Part shown: positions 11,573-18,004 of the stretch, piece by piece | How positions within the stretch are numbered: position 1 is the first letter of the stretch | Layout: the number at the start of each line of letters is the position of its first letter | From: Verrucomicrobiota bacterium | GTDB taxonomy: Bacteria > Verrucomicrobiota > Kiritimatiellia > RFP12 > UBA1067 | NCBI GenBank assembly: GCA_022704125.1 | Contig: JAKJHA010000002.1 | Span: 1-37,880 of the forward strand | DNA: 37,880 nt | Reading direction: 5' to 3' | Program-made: the position numbers and the translations under genes | Notes under the pieces: generated by a model | The model's database searches: none | What the model saw: the letters and a program-made list of their open reading frames with translations, nothing else | Told to the model about the DNA's origin: nothing

Positions 11573-11600
11573 TCGATAGTAGCAGAAGCGGCGATGGCCA

Positions 11601-11828
11601 TCAAGTCGCTGCTTGGGGCGGCGTAGATTCGCCTGCCGCTTCACGGGCGGCCTTGTTGCGCCTTCGCGCTTCGTGCGACCGGCTGGCCAGAGCAGCATAA
11701 TCAATGTCGCGGCGTTTTGCCGCGCCTGTTCCGGCTCTGCCCATGAGGCTCGCGGCCAGTTCCGGCGATGCCGGAATTGCCGCGCCGCATTCTGGACAGA
11801 TGATGTGGGTTCCTTTTTTCATGATCAC
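11601..11828 (-). CDS. Small hypothetical protein with a CPEC half zinc-ribbon and a basic C-terminus
   Basis: GTG 11828 (GTGA overlap with the upstream stop) or ATG 11822. 'HIICPECGAAI' followed by a basic tail 'SHEARRRNKAAREAA'. Confidence 0.6.
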   Translation of the reverse strand: MIMKKGTHIICPECGAAIPASPELAASLMGRAGTGAAKRRDIDYAALASRSHEARRRNKAAREAAGESTPPQAAT

Positions 11829-12097
11829 TCGCCCAGCTTCGCCAGTCCGTCTCGGTAGCCCTGCCCGCGCTCGTGGCGCGGGCGATCATCTGGGTCGGCA
11901 TCCGCCGCAGCCAGCCACGTCTCGTGCTCTTCCTGCGTTCCGAATTGATCACCGTAAAACGCACGTCGTAATCCGCGCTCGTAGCCAAGCCAGTATTCCG
12001 GTCTATCTCCGGCCGCCAGCATTGATTTTGAGCGGTGTAATTCAGATGTGAAGATGGTTTTTTTATCCATTTTGCTCTCCTCGTTTTTCGTGTTCAT
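11825..12097 (-). CDS. Small hypothetical protein ('YWLGYERGLRR' motif)
   Basis: ATG 12097 overlaps the upstream stop (ATGA). ATG 12070 with GAGGAG 6 nt upstream is an equally good start. Low GC, about 42% in one hand-counted 60-nt line. Confidence 0.6.
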   Translation of the reverse strand: MNTKNEESKMDKKTIFTSELHRSKSMLAAGDRPEYWLGYERGLRRAFYGDQFGTQEEHETWLAAADADPDDRPRHERGQGYRDGLAKLGE

Positions 12098-12390
12098 TCC
12101 GCCTGTTGCTGTTTTTCCTCGTCCGTCGGTTCCTCCAGAATTTTGAGCAGCGTTTTTTCGCTGTACGCGAACTGATCGCTATTGAAAATTCTAGCGTGTT
12201 TTTCACCGCGCACTCGGATGCGCGCACCGTGTTTGCGTTGCGCCCGCAGCGCCGCCAGCGGGCTCCTGTGCCACGAAATCGTGTATAGGATGTCCGGTCG
12301 TCCGCTGATCATGTTCATGGTCGCGTTCGCAAGCCGTTCGTCCAACTGACACACCTCGTAGCGCGGTTGATTTCTCATTGTCGGTGTCAT
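12094..12390 (-). CDS. Hypothetical protein (98 aa)
   Basis: ATG 12390 with AAAGGA upstream. First gene of a three-gene overlapping set. No motif recognised. Confidence 0.6.
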   Translation of the reverse strand: MTPTMRNQPRYEVCQLDERLANATMNMISGRPDILYTISWHRSPLAALRAQRKHGARIRVRGEKHARIFNSDQFAYSEKTLLKILEEPTDEEKQQQAE

Positions 12391-12419
12391 CGTATCATCC
12401 TTTCGTTTATGGTTGCGAT

Positions 12420-12453
12420 AAAAAAGTGGTGCCCGCCGGAATCACCGGCGGGC
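12420..12453 (-). terminator. Rho-independent terminator after the 82-aa gene
   Basis: Stem GCCCGCCGG-aatca-CCGGCGGGC (12431-12453) lies 7 nt after the TAA stop (12461-12463). On the minus strand it is followed by CAC-TTTTTT-AT. Confidence 0.75.
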
Positions 12454-12460
12454 GATGGTT

Positions 12461-12709
12461 TTAGAAATCCTTCGGGTAAGCGTGAGCATGGTAGTAGAAA
12501 TCGTATTCGACTCCTGCTTCCGCCCATGCTTTCAGATCATCGGTAGCCGAAGTGAATAGATAGAATGTCGCTCCGTTTTCGTCGCGGATGGTGGTCCACG
12601 TTTCATCCGGTTTCCATTCTATAGCCACGTCGTTGTTGTCGCAGAGGGCTGCGATCATGCCCTTTTTCATTAGTTCCTGCGCAGTATCGCGGTCAATTAG
12701 AGTTGCCAT
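12461..12709 (-). CDS. Small acidic hypothetical protein (82 aa)
   Basis: ATG 12709 preceded by AAGGAG. Net acidic and D/E/W/Y-rich, with no TM segment. Followed by a terminator. Confidence 0.65.
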   Translation of the reverse strand: MATLIDRDTAQELMKKGMIAALCDNNDVAIEWKPDETWTTIRDENGATFYLFTSATDDLKAWAEAGVEYDFYYHAHAYPKDF

Positions 12710-12726
12710 GTTTTCTCCTTGTGGTT

Positions 12727-12749
12727 GCCCGCCGGTGCCACCGGCGGGC
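12727..12749 (-). repeat. Intercistronic hairpin with the same 9-bp stem as the 12431-12453 terminator
   Basis: GCCCGCCGG-tgcca-CCGGCGGGC. It has no T-run and sits between the stop at 12764 and the RBS/start at 12709. Confidence 0.7.
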
Positions 12750-12763
12750 GGTGTTGAAGACGT

Positions 12764-13369
12764 TTAGATGCCCATCTCGCGCAGTGTCTGTGAGGGCTCT
12801 AATTTAAGCCCACTTTCTTTTTCCATCTCGGCGATCAGCGACCGAACAATTTCGGGGTTGCCGTCGGCCGGGATTTCCCGCTCGATATCATAGGCGCTGT
12901 CAGATCCTTCGCGCATAGCGGCAGGACAAAGCAGATCGCTGGTTTTGGAAGTGATGCACAGAAAAGCTTTGCCGTCTCGAATATCGGCAAAAACGGCGGC
13001 CGTTTTCCGGGACGCCGGCTCGTCCGGTTTCTTTTGATCCTTGCCCAGCTCGGCATCAATCTCGGCGAGCCGCGCGAGCAGTTTGTCGCGCTCGGCGCGC
13101 AATGCTTCACGGCTATCGGAAGCAGGAGCGTCTTCTGGCAAATTGAAGATGCGGATGTTTTTGTTTTCGGCTATCGCTGCCGCGAGCCGGTATCTGTCCG
13201 GCTTGGTCGCGCGCGGGTCACCCTCTTGTTCCCACTTTTCCACTAGCCAGCAAGCAAAACATTTGCGCCCGGCTTCGCTGGCTATCCGTGAGTCTCGCTG
13301 TCTTTGTGGGCCGTAAAGCTGTATCTTGCCGGTGTGGCCGCAAGCCCATTCTACTGTTTCCCATGCCAT
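12764..13369 (-). CDS. Hypothetical protein with N-terminal C-x-H...C-x-x-C zinc-ribbon, coiled-coil centre and acidic C-terminal domain
   Basis: ATG 13369 preceded by AAAGGAGAAAAG. 'WACGHTGKIQLYGPQRQRDSRIASEAGRKCFACW'. 'REALRAERDKLLARLAEIDAELGK' is coiled-coil-like. The track start 13405 is unlikely. Confidence 0.7.
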   Translation of the reverse strand: MAWETVEWACGHTGKIQLYGPQRQRDSRIASEAGRKCFACWLVEKWEQEGDPRATKPDRYRLAAAIAENKNIRIFNLPEDAPASDSREALRAERDKLLARLAEIDAELGKDQKKPDEPASRKTAAVFADIRDGKAFLCITSKTSDLLCPAAMREGSDSAYDIEREIPADGNPEIVRSLIAEMEKESGLKLEPSQTLREMGI

Positions 13370-13425
13370 GGTCTTTTCTCCTTTGGTGTTTTCGGGCGAG
13401 CCCATCCCGCCCTTTTGTTGCCCAC

Positions 13426-13454
13426 ATAATAGCGCAACGTTGCGCTATTGTCAA
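13426..13454 (-). promoter_or_regulatory. Near-consensus sigma70 promoter with an embedded 22-bp perfect palindrome (operator candidate)
   Basis: The minus strand reads TTGACA (13449-13454), a 17-nt spacer, then TATTAT (13426-13431). The palindrome AATAGCGCAACGTTGCGCTATT (13428-13449) spans the spacer and touches both hexamers. An A/T-rich UP-like tract lies upstream (13460-13500). Confidence 0.7.
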
Positions 13455-13501
13455 TGGGGCGTAACAACTTTTTTCAAATATTTTTTGGCACAAAAAAACC
13501 G

Positions 13502-13534
13502 CCGTCGGCGGGGGCCAACGGCGGCTCGGCGTGA
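13502..13534 (-). terminator. Rho-independent terminator after the lipoprotein gene
   Basis: Stem CCGCCGT/ACGGCGG (13509-13515 / 13528-13534), followed on the minus strand by a T7 run (complement of 13502-13508). It lies 19 nt after the stop at 13553. Confidence 0.65.
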
Positions 13535-13552
13535 CTGGTTTAAACGGCTGTG

Positions 13553-14011
13553 TCACTGGTTCGGAACGGTGCAACTTCCGTCTGCGCAGTTGCCGTTCGC
13601 ACAGGCGCTGATTGCGTTTGCCTCTTCGGACGTCAGCTTTGTCCCGGCCGGGGCGGTGCCGCTGATGATCGACATCAGCTTTTGCAGCGCATCGCCAACG
13701 ATGCCGGATTGCGGTGATGCGCCGCCGGTACCCGCGCTGCCCCCGCCGACGCCGACGGCGACTTCTGGCCGTGTGTCGGTGGTTTGTGTAGCGGTGGAAT
13801 CCTGCTTATCCCCGCCGCCGTCCGCCGACGCGTATAGTCCGTCGCCGACGGTGATGTGGATGGTATTGGATGTCCCGAAGATTTCCGCGCGGATGTCGCG
13901 GTACGATGCACGGTTGCTGCGGCTGGCCGGGTCTGCCGTCTGGCAGCCGGACAGCATGAGTAGCGCGGCAAGCGCGGTCGCGCCCGCCGTCGTGATAGTT
14001 CTGTTTTTCAT
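13553..14011 (-). CDS. Lipoprotein (o-spanin-like or exclusion lipoprotein)
   Basis: ATG 14011 gives MKNRTITTAGATALAALLMLSG|C with a lipobox LSGC. G/T/S-rich mature part. Cys-rich C-terminus 'ACANGNCADGSC'. The K-rich track extension to 14104 is less likely. Confidence 0.7.
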   Translation of the reverse strand: MKNRTITTAGATALAALLMLSGCQTADPASRSNRASYRDIRAEIFGTSNTIHITVGDGLYASADGGGDKQDSTATQTTDTRPEVAVGVGGGSAGTGGASPQSGIVGDALQKLMSIISGTAPAGTKLTSEEANAISACANGNCADGSCTVPNQ

Positions 14012-14111
14012 GGCTTTTCCCTTTTTTAGTTTTGCGTCAAGGCGAGCCTTTTTGACAGCCGCCTTTTTACGCTTGTCCGAGAGTTTTTCAGGTTTTGATT
14101 TCATGGGAATC

Positions 14112-14459
14112 TCACCCTCCGATAATGCGTTTTAGTTGCGTGACCAGTTCATTCCGCACCGCAGCGATCTCTGCCTCGGTCGGAGGACGGCCCTCGAACA
14201 ACTCGAAGTTGTCGGCGAACTCGGCAAGCGATTTATCCATGATCCCGCGTATCGCGGCCGACCCCTCACCGCCGTCTTTCATCACCTCGCGCGCGGCCGC
14301 AATGAAGGTCGCAACGACCGGCTGCGCGTAACACCACACGTATTCGAGCAGCGATCCGCGCGTCTTGCTCTTCAGCCATTGCGCCAGAGCGTTGAGCGCT
14401 AGCACGATCAGCGTGATGAGCGCAGTCTGGACCTGCACGTTGTTCAGTAGTTCGTTCAT
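14112..14459 (-). CDS. Single-pass membrane protein (i-spanin / holin-like)
   Basis: ATG 14459. N-terminal TM 'VQTALITLIVLALNALAQWL' followed by a helical soluble part. Sits between a 2-TM protein and a lipoprotein. Confidence 0.6.
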   Translation of the reverse strand: MNELLNNVQVQTALITLIVLALNALAQWLKSKTRGSLLEYVWCYAQPVVATFIAAAREVMKDGGEGSAAIRGIMDKSLAEFADNFELFEGRPPTEAEIAAVRNELVTQLKRIIGG

Positions 14460-14506
14460 GTGTTTCTCCTGTTGGCCACGGCATCGCGCCGTGGATGAAA
14501 TCGTCG

Positions 14507-14842
14507 TTACTCGTTGCTGCGCCGACAGTGATTTATCGCAGATTGCACCTGCTCCATCGCGCGGCAAGTTTCCGCGATCACTCTGGTGTTCGCTTCGATG
14601 ATCGTGTCAAATTTACTGAACTGTAGCTTGATCAAATAGGCTGTCGTTCCTAAGCTCAGAATGAACCCGAATGCGAGTATGCCGGTGGCGCTCAGTTTTT
14701 CGATACGCTCGGCCGCTGTGAACGGATCGGGCATCTCCGTGGCCACCACCAGCGAGACGGCGAAAAGCGACGCGATCAGCATGACGGCAAAAATGCGTAT
14801 CGCTCCGTACCGCACTTCTTCTTTGAACGATTTTACAACCAT
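14507..14842 (-). CDS. Two-TM membrane protein (holin candidate)
   Basis: ATG 14842 preceded by GAGGAG. TM1 'IRIFAVMLIASLFAVSLVVA', TM2 'GILAFGFILSLGTTAYLI', and a charged C-terminus. Confidence 0.6.
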   Translation of the reverse strand: MVVKSFKEEVRYGAIRIFAVMLIASLFAVSLVVATEMPDPFTAAERIEKLSATGILAFGFILSLGTTAYLIKLQFSKFDTIIEANTRVIAETCRAMEQVQSAINHCRRSNE

Positions 14843-14854
14843 GAAAAAACTCCT

Positions 14855-15295
14855 CTATAATGGCCGAAAAGTTACATCGCGCGGTGGACTCCGAAAACCG
14901 CGCGATGCCGGCTGACACCGTGTCCGCCGGAAAATCACTAAAAGCACTAGGGTCGACGCAAGAAACACTGCGTAGCCACACTGCCCGTGCACTCGCTCAA
15001 ATATGGCCGGATGGCGCAAGCAGAGCGCGACAAGCGTGAAGCATCTAAGCCAGCTCATCGCCGTGCCGACGGCCAGCGCAGCGGGAAACGGCCACGCTTG
15101 CCGCAGGCCGGCCGACGCGACCAGGCCGACCAGACCGACAAGCATGACAGCCCGCGTTGCAAGACACCCCGGCTGTACCTGCACGGCTGTGTCGCCGCAG
15201 ACGATCACGTTCCCGAACGCCTGCATGTCCCAGCCGACACCGGACCAGATCGCCGCGACGGTCCAAGCGTAGATCCTGCAAACAAGCTCCATCAT
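14855..15295 (-). CDS. Polytopic (about 4 TM) membrane protein with exosortase/archaeosortase-like Cys-Arg-His pattern (tentative)
   Basis: ATG 15295 overlaps the upstream stop (ATGA). 'GNVIVCGDTAVQVQPGC44LATRAVMLVGL', 'AMSWLR84CFTLVAL' and 'FERVH103GQCGYAVFL' occur in the order and spacing I recall for the exosortase core. The protein is roughly half the size of known exosortases. Coding status is solid; the function is a hypothesis. Confidence 0.4.
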   Translation of the reverse strand: MMELVCRIYAWTVAAIWSGVGWDMQAFGNVIVCGDTAVQVQPGCLATRAVMLVGLVGLVASAGLRQAWPFPAALAVGTAMSWLRCFTLVALCLRHPAIFERVHGQCGYAVFLASTLVLLVIFRRTRCQPASRGFRSPPRDVTFRPL

Positions 15296-16392
15296 TTGAT
15301 CGTCCTCATGTTGTCGAGCGGAGGCATGGCCAGTTTCAGCCTCGGCACATCCGGTTCCTCTGCTACCACATCAGGAATGAGATCACGTGCTGTCAACGCG
15401 CCGCCGTCCTTGATCATCAACCCGCCATTTGCGGGTAGCCGCGCGTCGCCGGTGATCAGGCGCTCGGCCGGCTGGTCGGCTTCGATGGTCGCGTACCGCG
15501 TCGCGCCTGCTCCGGCCGATTTCGCCATCGGTTCAGGAGCACCGCCCTCGCCCTGCGTTGCGGCCTTCGGTTCCATCTTGAACACGCCGCCTTTGATCTG
15601 CACCGGTCGGCCGTCGATGATGTAGTCTCCGGTGATGCCCTCATACATCTTGCCGCTCACTGGATCGACCAGCACGACGCCCTCGATCTGGCAACCGTTC
15701 GGACCTCCAAGCAGAATCTCATCCGCAGCCGCTATGTACCCGTCCACGCCGACGGGTGGACGGAACGTGTAAGTGTACGCATTGACGGATGTGTTGCTGG
15801 GGTAGCTCGTACTTTCGTGCTCTACCCACCATGTCGCGCCGTCGCGCCGCCGACGCAGGTACATCATGACGGCGGGTTCGTCTGTGATCTCTCGCGATGC
15901 CTGCACCTCAACCGTCCACGTTCCATCGCCGTTGTTGGTCAGATTTTTCGGCCGCAGTTTGATGTTCTGGTTGCCCGGGTTGTTGAGCAGGTTTGGCCGC
16001 AACTGCATCACCGGCGGTTTCCGCGCCGGCCGTTTCACCGTGTTCGTGATCGCGATGATTTCGGTGTCGATCACCTCGACGCGCTCACGGACGAACGTGA
16101 TGCCGGACAGCATCTCCAGCCACGAAGCCTTCACCGCCTGCGTCCATTTGAGCCACTCTCTTCTTACCCTCATGTAGCGATACACTTGCGGCGGCACAGG
16201 CTTGCCTCGCTCGCCGTCGGCCAGCGCGAACGCCGCCGCGCACAAACCACCGATCAACACGGCGCACATGGTCGGGAGCGGTTGCCAGCGGCGACGCCGT
16301 ATCAGCCATCGCGCCGCGAAAAGCAGCGGGACGGCCGCGAGCACAAACAGCCACGCGGCGAGTTCAAGCTGGCACTGTTCGCAGATCGTCAT
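15292..16392 (-). CDS. Membrane-anchored protein (two N-terminal TM segments, large beta-rich ectodomain)
   Basis: ATG 16392 lies 2 nt after the upstream stop. TM segments 'LAAWLFVLAAVPLLFAA' and the Gly/Ala-rich 'MCAVLIGGLCAAAFALA' (SAR-like). No catalytic motif recognised. The track start 16602 is an Arg-rich extension. Confidence 0.65.
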   Translation of the reverse strand: MTICEQCQLELAAWLFVLAAVPLLFAARWLIRRRRWQPLPTMCAVLIGGLCAAAFALADGERGKPVPPQVYRYMRVRREWLKWTQAVKASWLEMLSGITFVRERVEVIDTEIIAITNTVKRPARKPPVMQLRPNLLNNPGNQNIKLRPKNLTNNGDGTWTVEVQASREITDEPAVMMYLRRRRDGATWWVEHESTSYPSNTSVNAYTYTFRPPVGVDGYIAAADEILLGGPNGCQIEGVVLVDPVSGKMYEGITGDYIIDGRPVQIKGGVFKMEPKAATQGEGGAPEPMAKSAGAGATRYATIEADQPAERLITGDARLPANGGLMIKDGGALTARDLIPDVVAEEPDVPRLKLAMPPLDNMRTIK

Positions 16393-16394
16393 CG

Positions 16395-17213
16395 TTACGG
16401 TTCCATCATCATGATCACGAGCGGGTTGTTGGTATCCACCGCGAACCCGCCGCGGATGTTCAACACGATGTTTGTTCCGCCCACCACATCGAGAGCTACA
16501 ATGTCGTAGTTCGCGCCGCCCGCCACCCCTCCGATGATCGGCAGCGCGTTGCCTCGGATCACGAATCCGGTTGCGAGCAGTTTGAAGGAACACTGCCCCC
16601 ACGACAAAGGGACGGTGGCCGTCACGCGGTAGCAGGCGCCGCCCGTTTTCCCGTAGTCTGCCGGTGTCCCGATTTGATCCGGGAACGTGTTTGTCACCGT
16701 GATGCTCTCGAATCCGTTTTCGAGCAGGTTGGTCGTGTGCGTGGCGACAAAATCAGGCATCTGCGGCGGCACCTCGGCGAACCATTGGACGATGTGGCAC
16801 TGCCTGCCGTCCGCCGTGTCCTCGACGCTGAACCCGACCGTCTCGCTGGCGATGTCGTCCGCCGCGCCGACGCCCCGCAGTGCCGACATCGTGAACGCGA
16901 TCTCCCATACGCCGTTCGACGTGAGATCCGCCACGTCGTGCCACGCCGCGCTAGCCCGGTTGCTCGACGTCACCGCGATCGCGAGCGCCTGAGTGGCCAC
17001 CGCGTCGGCCTGGATGATCGCCGCCTCTGCCTCGCGGAATTCCTGCATCGTGGGCACCACGCCGAGAGGATGTATTGTGCCAGATACAAGATTGCTGCCG
17101 CCGTCGCCGAACACCGCGTCGTGAACGGTCAAGTCAAACCACCCGCCGCTGATCTGCCCCTGTGCCGCGCCCGCCGCGATCAACGCCGCTATCATGAAAA
17201 TGATTCGCCTCAT
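16395..17213 (-). CDS. Exported protein, unknown function (Sec-type signal peptide)
   Basis: ATG 17213 overlaps the upstream stop (ATGA). Signal peptide MRRIIFMIAALIAAGAAQG|Q. Beta-rich with a Gly-rich C-terminus. Confidence 0.65.
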   Translation of the reverse strand: MRRIIFMIAALIAAGAAQGQISGGWFDLTVHDAVFGDGGSNLVSGTIHPLGVVPTMQEFREAEAAIIQADAVATQALAIAVTSSNRASAAWHDVADLTSNGVWEIAFTMSALRGVGAADDIASETVGFSVEDTADGRQCHIVQWFAEVPPQMPDFVATHTTNLLENGFESITVTNTFPDQIGTPADYGKTGGACYRVTATVPLSWGQCSFKLLATGFVIRGNALPIIGGVAGGANYDIVALDVVGGTNIVLNIRGGFAVDTNNPLVIMMMEP

Positions 17214-18004
17214 TGCACCGGCTCCCATGCTGTCGTGAGTAGGTTCGTGTCCCAGTACTGCCGGTACCACACACCATCACGCAAGATCATGGGTACGGTA
17301 ATGTCGGCGATGGCTGATGTGAGATCGGGGACGGTGACGATCATGGAAAGATCATATACCGCAACGAGATTCGTAATCATCACATCGCGCGGCCCGATCG
17401 TCAGCGAGCCGCTCCCCGATTGCGATCCGTTTGAATTGTAATATGCGTGGGGTACCGTCCACGGGTAGTCGGGCGGCAGGCTCGGGTTCATGTGGGTGGG
17501 GATGGAGAGCGGCACGTAGGAAATAGCGAAAAACGGATCATCCTGATAGCAGATAAAATTCGCGTCCTGGCTGTTGAACGTTGACAGCGGCGCGCGCGCC
17601 GCGCCGCTGAACTCAACGACCGTCCCGTCCGGCCGCATATAGCCGAACTGATCCGACACCGAATAGTAGACTAGATTCGTCGGATATACGCTCCACACGC
17701 GACCTGTGCCGCCGTCGATAGTGAAAAACCATGCACTGTCTTGCGACGCAAGGGCGGTGAACTCCAGCGCAGCGAGGGCCTCGGCGAGCTGCACCTGCGT
17801 GAGCGCACCGATCTGGCCGGGCGTGATACCGTGGGGGTTGTCCCTTCGCATGGTGTGCGCATGCGCTTCGTCCAGGCGATTGCTTTGCGGACCGATCACC
17901 ACCTCCGCGCGATCGGCCGTCACGTCGGCCAGCAGCGTGATTTTCGTATCTCCGTGCGCGGCGGCAGCGGCAATGATGCAGAGTGCAGTCAGTATCGTTC
18001 TCAT
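17210..18004 (-). CDS. Tail-fibre-like protein with Sec-type signal peptide
   Basis: ATG 18004 overlaps the upstream stop (ATGA). Signal peptide MRTILTALCIIAAAAAHG|D. 'NPHGITPGQIGAL' is a motif I recognise from phage tail-fibre/spike proteins. The C-terminal half has lower GC. Confidence 0.6.
   Translation of the reverse strand: MRTILTALCIIAAAAAHGDTKITLLADVTADRAEVVIGPQSNRLDEAHAHTMRRDNPHGITPGQIGALTQVQLAEALAALEFTALASQDSAWFFTIDGGTGRVWSVYPTNLVYYSVSDQFGYMRPDGTVVEFSGAARAPLSTFNSQDANFICYQDDPFFAISYVPLSIPTHMNPSLPPDYPWTVPHAYYNSNGSQSGSGSLTIGPRDVMITNLVAVYDLSMIVTVPDLTSAIADITVPMILRDGVWYRQYWDTNLLTTAWEPVQ

Noticed and set aside
13326-14135. 269-aa plus-strand ORF across the lipoprotein region. Similar plus-strand ORFs occur at 14987-15625, 15817-16509, 16674-17441, 18144-18875, 22918-23904, 25466-26623, 26702-27325, 29791-30966, 31607-32281, 32031-32825 and 34942-36006.
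   Set aside because: All are antisense to better-supported minus-strand genes with RBSs, overlaps and motifs. They have low-complexity Arg/Pro/Ser-rich products, and no plus-strand operon logic exists in the prophage.
14855-15295. Calling the 146-aa polytopic protein simply a holin
   Set aside because: Not fully rejected, since position next to the lysis-like genes fits. However, the ordered Cys/Arg/His motifs and the ATGA coupling to the exported-protein operon make the sortase-like reading worth testing, so it is kept as an alternative in the finding.
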